Assembly: GCA_030614005.1 (NCBI GenBank)
Contig: JAUWKS010000033.1
Span: 2,840 to 34,839 of the forward strand
Length of the DNA: 32,000 nucleotides
Source: Candidatus Heimdallarchaeota archaeon
Lineage (GTDB): Archaea > Asgardarchaeota > Heimdallarchaeia > JABLTI01
Reading direction: 5' to 3'
Below are positions 26,557 through 32,000 of this stretch, piece after piece (position 1 is the stretch's first letter; every line of letters begins with the position of its first letter). Under the pieces are notes generated by a model, which searched no databases, had not been told where the DNA came from, and saw only the letters and a list, made by a program, of their open reading frames with translations. The position numbers and the translations under genes are program-made.

Positions 26557-27456
26557 GTGATCAAGATGACAAAAATAGCTGTTGTAGTCACAAAAGACAG
26601 AGCATTTGGTGTGAACAAATCTATTGAATTATTAGGGATAAATCCTGTTAAAGGCAAAGAAGTAATCTTCAAACCAAATTTTAACACTGCGGATCCTCCT
26701 CCAGCTTCAACATCAATGGAAACCTTCAAGCCACTGTTACTCAAACTAAAAGAAATGGGTGCAAAAACAATTACTGTTGCTGAAAGAAGTGGTCCAGCAA
26801 ATACAGAAGAAGTCTTTAAAGAAAAAGGACTCTTCAAATTAGCTGAAGAAATGGGTTTTAAAATTGTTAATCTAGCAACAATACCAGAAGAAGAGTATAT
26901 TTTAAAGAAACCAGAAGGAAGTCATTGGAAAGATGGTTTTCTATTCGCGAAGATTTACGACGATGCTGAATGTATCGTTGAGACTTGCTGTTTGAAAACC
27001 CATCAATATGGCGGTCATTTCACACTTTCAATGAAGAACGCTGTTGGACTAGTCCCTCGAGATAATTACCAATATATGAAAGAATTGCACTCTTCTGAAC
27101 ACCAGAGAAAGATGATTGCTGAAATAAATGGTGTGTATAAAGCTGATTTAATTGTTATAGATGGTATCGTGACATTCATTGATGGTGGACCAGATAAAGG
27201 AACACGAAAAGAAGCCAATGTTTTCCTAGCAGGAACAGACAAAATCGCATTAGATGCTGTTGGTGTGGCAATTCTAAGAATTCTCGGAACAACTCCTGAA
27301 GTGATGAATGGAGCAATTTTTGATCAAGAACAAATTAAAAGAGCTGTAGAATTAGGAATAGGCATTTCATCACCAAATGAAATAGAATTTTTAACAGATT
27401 CTGAAGAAAGTATAGAATTGGTTAATCAGATTAAGGTTAAATTAACTGAAAAGTAG
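26557..27456 (+). CDS. DUF362 domain protein
   Basis: FKPNFNT, VAERSG, LKTHQYGGHFTLSMKNAVG, LIVIDG, DKIALDAVG. Confidence 0.85.
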   Translation: MIKMTKIAVVVTKDRAFGVNKSIELLGINPVKGKEVIFKPNFNTADPPPASTSMETFKPLLLKLKEMGAKTITVAERSGPANTEEVFKEKGLFKLAEEMGFKIVNLATIPEEEYILKKPEGSHWKDGFLFAKIYDDAECIVETCCLKTHQYGGHFTLSMKNAVGLVPRDNYQYMKELHSSEHQRKMIAEINGVYKADLIVIDGIVTFIDGGPDKGTRKEANVFLAGTDKIALDAVGVAILRILGTTPEVMNGAIFDQEQIKRAVELGIGISSPNEIEFLTDSEESIELVNQIKVKLTEK

Positions 27457-27460
27457 AGAG

Positions 27461-28060
27461 TTAAGATTTTTCTTGGCTTTTCATTTTTCTTATTTTTTCA
27501 ATGAACACTTTAACATCCTTTGGATTCTTAAGAATTAGATAATTGTCAGTTCCGAGTGCTTGTTTTACCTCTTCAATTATTCCTTTGATTTTGTAAACTT
27601 TATATCTAATACTAAATGATGATAGCTCATAAATTGCATACAAAGGTTTCTCTTTCGTGCCACTTTCCTCAATTCTCTTAGGCAGATGAGTTGATCTATG
27701 AAAAGTTAATTTTGTATTTCTTGATAATGTTCGAGCAACAATTCTCCATAATGAAATGTATAAAGGTAAATCTAAAACAATAGCAAAAGTTGCTTGAGGT
27801 AAAAGCATATCACGTACTTTTGAGTAATTACCATCGATAACCCATGATTTTCTAGAAAGCTCTTTTTTGACTATTTTACGAAATGCTTTCTTTGTTGGCA
27901 TTGTCCAATCTGGAAACCAAAATAAATCATCCAAATGAATATAATCTATATAAAGAATTTCACCCAATGATTTGGCTAAGGTGGTTTTACCACTACCCGA
28001 AGCACCATAGATAACTATTCGATTAAAATTAACCATTGAGCTATTCACACTCACATCCAA
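27461..28060 (-). CDS. P-loop kinase, adenylate kinase/FlaR (topology modulation protein)-like
   Basis: RIVIYGASGSGKTTLA, HLDDLFWFPDW, WVIDGNY. Likely start is ATG 28036. Confidence 0.85.
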   Translation of the reverse strand: MDVSVNSSMVNFNRIVIYGASGSGKTTLAKSLGEILYIDYIHLDDLFWFPDWTMPTKKAFRKIVKKELSRKSWVIDGNYSKVRDMLLPQATFAIVLDLPLYISLWRIVARTLSRNTKLTFHRSTHLPKRIEESGTKEKPLYAIYELSSFSIRYKVYKIKGIIEEVKQALGTDNYLILKNPKDVKVFIEKIRKMKSQEKS

Positions 28061-28185
28061 AAATTACTAATATATCTATTTTACGTTTATTAAAAAAAAA
28101 GGAAAAATAATACTGAAGAGATAAAAAAAATGGAAGAGAAAAGGAGCATTCCTTTCTCTCGAAACTCTTTTCCATTTACGAACAG

Positions 28186-31100
28186 CTAAGCAAGACGCCT
28201 GCGTCGAATGACAGCTACTACAAAAGTCAAGGCAATGCTAAATGTTACAATAGAAACAGCAATAATAATACCACCTTCTTCGGTGATAGTAGTATTCTGA
28301 CCTGGAATTGTTATAGTTGTTGTTGGGGGAGTCTCGGTAATATCCGGAGTATCAGAACCATCAGTAGGATCGGAACCAAGAGCAATTTCAACAAAATCAC
28401 TGTATGTATCACCATCTGTGTCAACAGCATTAGGGTTCGTTCCATGAATCATCTCAACATTATCATCCAGACCATCGTTATCTGAATCCATATCATTAGG
28501 GTCAGTCAAATAACCATCTGTACCAGCGTTTACCTCCTCAAAATCATCCAAGGTGTCCCCATCTGAATCTGCACTTGTAGGGTCGGTAAGGCTAGTATTT
28601 ATTTCATAGGCATCAAGTAGAAGGTCGCTATCCGTATCATCATTGTTAGGGTTTGTAATCCAACCATCAACTCCAGCAATGACTTCCTCACCATCAAGAA
28701 TTGTGTCATCATCCGAGTCATCATCAAGAGGGTCAGTAGAATAGATATTTACTTCTTCTCCATCTAAAGCTCCATCATCATCGCTGTCAGGATCGTTAGG
28801 ATTAGTAAAACTAATAGTAGTTTCATATGTATCTGAGAGGCCATCCCCATCGGTATCTAATTCAGGGATATCTGATGAATTATTAGGGTCTGTACCAGCG
28901 ATGAATTCATTGTAATCGGAATAGGTATCACCATCGGTATCAGGATTATTAGGGTCAGTATTGGTTAAAATCTCATCACTATCTGAGAGTAAATCATCAT
29001 CGCTGTCGGTGTCATTTGGGTCTGTTACATATCCGTCAGAACCGGTTGTTACTTCCTCTTGATCATCAAGACCATCTCCGTCCATATCATCATTAGTAGG
29101 GTCAGTGGAATAAATACTGATTTCATCATCGTCTGTTAAACCATCCGAATCTGTATCATCACTTAATGGATTGGTCACATAACCATCTACTCCGACAACT
29201 ACCTCTTCATCATCAGTTATGGTATCTCCGTCAGAGTCAGTATCATTTGGATTGGTGCCATAGGAATATTCTGTTCCATCTGAAAGGTTGTCGTTATCGC
29301 TGTCTGCATCGTTAGGGTTGGTTATATAACCATCATTTCCAACATTTAGCTCTTCAAAATCGTCCAAACCATCTCCATCCGAATCAGTTTCAGTTGGATC
29401 AGTATTGCTAGTGCTTATTTCATAAGCATCATTGAGTGTATCACCATCTGTATCAACACTTAACGGGTTGGTTACGTATCCATCTGCTCCAGCAATAACT
29501 TCTTCTCCATCGAGGATAGAGTCATTATCGCTATCGGAATCATTAGGATTAGTACCATGAAAATATTCGCCATAATCAGTTAAACCATCAGCATCACTAT
29601 CTGGATTAGTTGAATTCGTTATATAACCGTCGACTCCTAAAGTATCTTCTTCATTATCATCTAAGCCATCACCATCTGTATCATCATCAATAGGATTTGT
29701 GAAACTGATATTTATTTCATAACTATCTGATAACCCATCCCCATCGGAGTCTGCATCGTTAGGATTGGTAATATACCCATCAGCTCCAGCAACAACTTCT
29801 TCACTATCCAAGATAGTATCACCATCGCTGTCATTATTATTGGGATTTGTACCATAAACGGCTTCTTCGTAATCAGTAAGACCGTCTGTATCCGAATCGC
29901 TGTCATTAGGATCGGTTACATAGCCATCTGAACCATTTGTTACTTCTTCCTGGTCATCAAGACCATCATCATCAGAGTCCGCATCATTGGGATTAGTATT
30001 GTGAGTATTCACTTCAACGTTATCGTTAATACCATCTCCATCTGTGTCAGTAAGTGTTGGGTCTGTCAAACTGGTGTCTATTTCATAATCATCTGTGAGT
30101 GTGTCCCCATCTGTGTCAGCACTTAACGGGTTGGTAATATATCCATCTACCCCAGCAACTACTTCTTCTCCGTCTAAAATTGAATCATTATCGGAATCAT
30201 TATCGTTCGGATTAGTATTTTCGGCATCCTCACCACCATCTGATAATCCGTCATTGTCTGAATCGCTATCGTTTGGATCGGTTATATAACCATCAGAACC
30301 TAAAGTTACTTCTTCTTGGTCATCCAATCCATCCCCGTCTGTATCTGCACTACTTGGATTTGTATCATAGGTATTTACTTCATCAATGTCGTCGAGCCCA
30401 TCGCTATCTGTATCTGTTAAGGTTGGGTCAGATATATAACCATCGTCTCCAAGAGTTAATTCTTCGAGATCAGCTATTCCATCAGAATCAGTATCAGTTA
30501 ATAACGGATTTGTTCCATAATCATGTACTTCTGCACCATCGCTCAATCCATCGTCATCCGTATCTGGATCGTATGGATCTGTGCTATTGTTATATTCATC
30601 CACATTGGATAGAGTATCCAAATCTGCATCATACCCACCATCAGCGAACAGTAGAGGATCAAATGATTGCGCTAGTTCATAGTCATCTGGCATGCCATCG
30701 TTATCTGTGTCAGTATCGGTTGGATCAGTTCCGTGGTAATATATTTCATCCCAATCTTCTAGAGTATCTCCATCGGAATCGGCATTCGTTGCATTTGTTC
30801 CAAAATAATCTTCCGTTTGGTCATCAATGTAATCACTATCGCTATCCATCTGTCCCGTATTGAATGCTGACCCATGGAAGCTTGCCCAGACCAAATCGCT
30901 AAAACTTGTTGTTCCCGTTATTGTTAAGCAGTATACTTTTGAAGCATAATCACCGACTACCACTTCAAGATCGCCATCGTTATCGAGGTCTCCAATTGCA
31001 GCAGTGCCACGTGTTTCTAGATCGGTATTAAAAGTCCAAAGCTCATTTCCAGTGCTGTCTAAACAATAAATGGTATTTTCATAAAGTGTATTATTATATT

Positions 31101-32000
31101 CTCCAATTATTATCTCTAAATCTCCATCGCCATCCAAATCGCCAATAACCGGTGAAGCATAAACACGATTAGTAGTAGTATAGTTCCATTCTTGAATTCC
31201 TTCGTGACTAATGCAATAAACTCTAGTATCCCAACAACCTATGATTACTTCATATGTTCCATCAGCATCTAAATCTGCAACCGCAGGTGATGAATAGATT
31301 GCATCGGTGACATTATACATCCAAAATTTGTTTCCATTACTATCTATACAATGAATGCTTTTATCATTTGAACCAACAATTACTTCCAATTTTCCATTCC
31401 CGTTAAGGTCTGCTAAAGCTGGTGCAGAATAGATAACCCCCGCAGTCTGATATGACCATACCAAATCACCTGTGCCATTCAGACAATGAACATAGCTATC
31501 TCTCGATGTAGCAATTATTTCTATATCTCCATCGCCATCCAAATCTCCTAGTGCAGGAGTAGCTACGAAATCAGCTTGAATTAGTGAAGATGAATAGTTC
31601 CATTGTTCCAACCCAGTATCATCTAAACAATAAATTCTGTTATCATCTGAACCAAAAACTATTTCCAACTTTCCATCGCCATCAACATCTCCAACTGCAG
31701 GGGAACCATCTATATTTTCACCTATACTACCTACAGTATAATACCACAACCTTGTTCCATTATTAGCTAAGCAATATAAGTTACCATCTGTTGAACCTAC
31801 AAGAATCTCTAATTCTCCATCTCTATCTAAATCAGCAATAGTTGGGGCAGCAGTAGTTATTGTATCATTTGTAGCATACTCCCAGATGACTGTTCCATCA
31901 TAATCAAAACAATATAACTTTCCATCAAGCGAACCAATGAGTATTTCCAAGTCGCCATCTTTATCTAAGTCTACTAAAGTTGGGGAACCTCGTATTTCTC
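28186..32000 (-). CDS. Giant surface adhesin-like protein (5'-partial): FG-GAP/VCBS-type propeller + Ca-binding TSP3-like repeats + Thr/Pro linker + TM + RRRR
   Basis: The frame stays open beyond the track start to the window edge (EIRGSPTLVDLDKDGDLEIL). At least 8 repeats of SPAxxDLDxDGxxEIxxG, then 34 DxDxDxxxDxxE...T[DN]P units. Confidence 0.9.
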   Translation of the reverse strand, partial: EIRGSPTLVDLDKDGDLEILIGSLDGKLYCFDYDGTVIWEYATNDTITTAAPTIADLDRDGELEILVGSTDGNLYCLANNGTRLWYYTVGSIGENIDGSPAVGDVDGDGKLEIVFGSDDNRIYCLDDTGLEQWNYSSSLIQADFVATPALGDLDGDGDIEIIATSRDSYVHCLNGTGDLVWSYQTAGVIYSAPALADLNGNGKLEVIVGSNDKSIHCIDSNGNKFWMYNVTDAIYSSPAVADLDADGTYEVIIGCWDTRVYCISHEGIQEWNYTTTNRVYASPVIGDLDGDGDLEIIIGEYNNTLYENTIYCLDSTGNELWTFNTDLETRGTAAIGDLDNDGDLEVVVGDYASKVYCLTITGTTSFSDLVWASFHGSAFNTGQMDSDSDYIDDQTEDYFGTNATNADSDGDTLEDWDEIYYHGTDPTDTDTDNDGMPDDYELAQSFDPLLFADGGYDADLDTLSNVDEYNNSTDPYDPDTDDDGLSDGAEVHDYGTNPLLTDTDSDGIADLEELTLGDDGYISDPTLTDTDSDGLDDIDEVNTYDTNPSSADTDGDGLDDQEEVTLGSDGYITDPNDSDSDNDGLSDGGEDAENTNPNDNDSDNDSILDGEEVVAGVDGYITNPLSADTDGDTLTDDYEIDTSLTDPTLTDTDGDGINDNVEVNTHNTNPNDADSDDDGLDDQEEVTNGSDGYVTDPNDSDSDTDGLTDYEEAVYGTNPNNNDSDGDTILDSEEVVAGADGYITNPNDADSDGDGLSDSYEINISFTNPIDDDTDGDGLDDNEEDTLGVDGYITNSTNPDSDADGLTDYGEYFHGTNPNDSDSDNDSILDGEEVIAGADGYVTNPLSVDTDGDTLNDAYEISTSNTDPTETDSDGDGLDDFEELNVGNDGYITNPNDADSDNDNLSDGTEYSYGTNPNDTDSDGDTITDDEEVVVGVDGYVTNPLSDDTDSDGLTDDDEISIYSTDPTNDDMDGDGLDDQEEVTTGSDGYVTDPNDTDSDDDLLSDSDEILTNTDPNNPDTDGDTYSDYNEFIAGTDPNNSSDIPELDTDGDGLSDTYETTISFTNPNDPDSDDDGALDGEEVNIYSTDPLDDDSDDDTILDGEEVIAGVDGWITNPNNDDTDSDLLLDAYEINTSLTDPTSADSDGDTLDDFEEVNAGTDGYLTDPNDMDSDNDGLDDNVEMIHGTNPNAVDTDGDTYSDFVEIALGSDPTDGSDTPDITETPPTTTITIPGQNTTITEEGGIIIAVSIVTFSIALTFVVAVIRRRRLA
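28343..30846 (-). repeat. 34 acidic Ca-binding repeat units (22/23/27 aa) within the adhesin
   Basis: Units parsed by hand from the translation; a recurring 23-27-22-27 aa (99-aa) super-repeat. Confidence 0.9.

Noticed and set aside
28100-28135. Weak resemblance to the DUF362 3' end (ACTGAA.AG), and similar faint matches near 1780 and 12295
   Set aside because: Too short and AT-rich to distinguish from chance; not counted as duplicated tails.
28343-30846. Periodic DNA that might be a CRISPR array or satellite
   Set aside because: The periodicity is protein-level with degenerate codons; there are no identical repeats with unique spacers and no cas genes.
29712-31766. His/Leu-rich or Ser-rich ORFs 29712-29906, 30095-30289, 30273-30863 and 31584-31766
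   Set aside because: Alternative-frame or antisense read-outs of the Asp-rich repeat codons of the adhesin.
1-32000. tRNA, rRNA, IS elements, integrases
   Set aside because: No cloverleaf or rRNA-like GC-rich segments, transposase motifs or terminal inverted repeats were seen by eye. A tRNAscan/Infernal/ISEScan run would be the definitive test.

Overview
AT-rich archaeal chromosomal segment. The split GMP synthase B subunit and mevalonate-pathway genes indicate an archaeon. PCI-like and uDENN/longin-like domains plus many surface proteins with a C-terminal TM+basic tail suggest an Asgard archaeon, possibly Heimdallarchaeia-like; this assignment is inference. Housekeeping genes: 2-oxoacid:ferredoxin oxidoreductase alpha (partial) and beta, ferritin-like protein, glutaredoxin plus ferredoxin-thioredoxin reductase catalytic subunit, a mevalonate-family GHMP kinase plus MVD-family decarboxylase, HtrA, M28 peptidase, MFS transporter, GMP synthase B, DUF362 and a P-loop kinase. 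These are interleaved with about eight signal-peptide/C-anchor surface proteins, including a >1270-aa FG-GAP + Ca-binding-repeat adhesin. No tRNA, rRNA, CRISPR array, transposase or integrase was seen. Two signals stand out. (1) A candidate toxin-immunity-like module at 21574-23212: a secreted protein with a caspase/gingipain-type His-Gly...Ala-Cys dyad and an ~80-aa Ala-rich hydrophobic C-terminus, followed by a small membrane protein. (2) A recurring architecture in which an accessory gene sits between a host gene's 3' end and a decayed direct copy of that 3' end. This is clear for the MFS and FTR genes, shorter for guaAB and weak for a DUF4386-like gene. Three single-base frameshifts cluster at 16.25-18.07 kb and may be sequencing errors.
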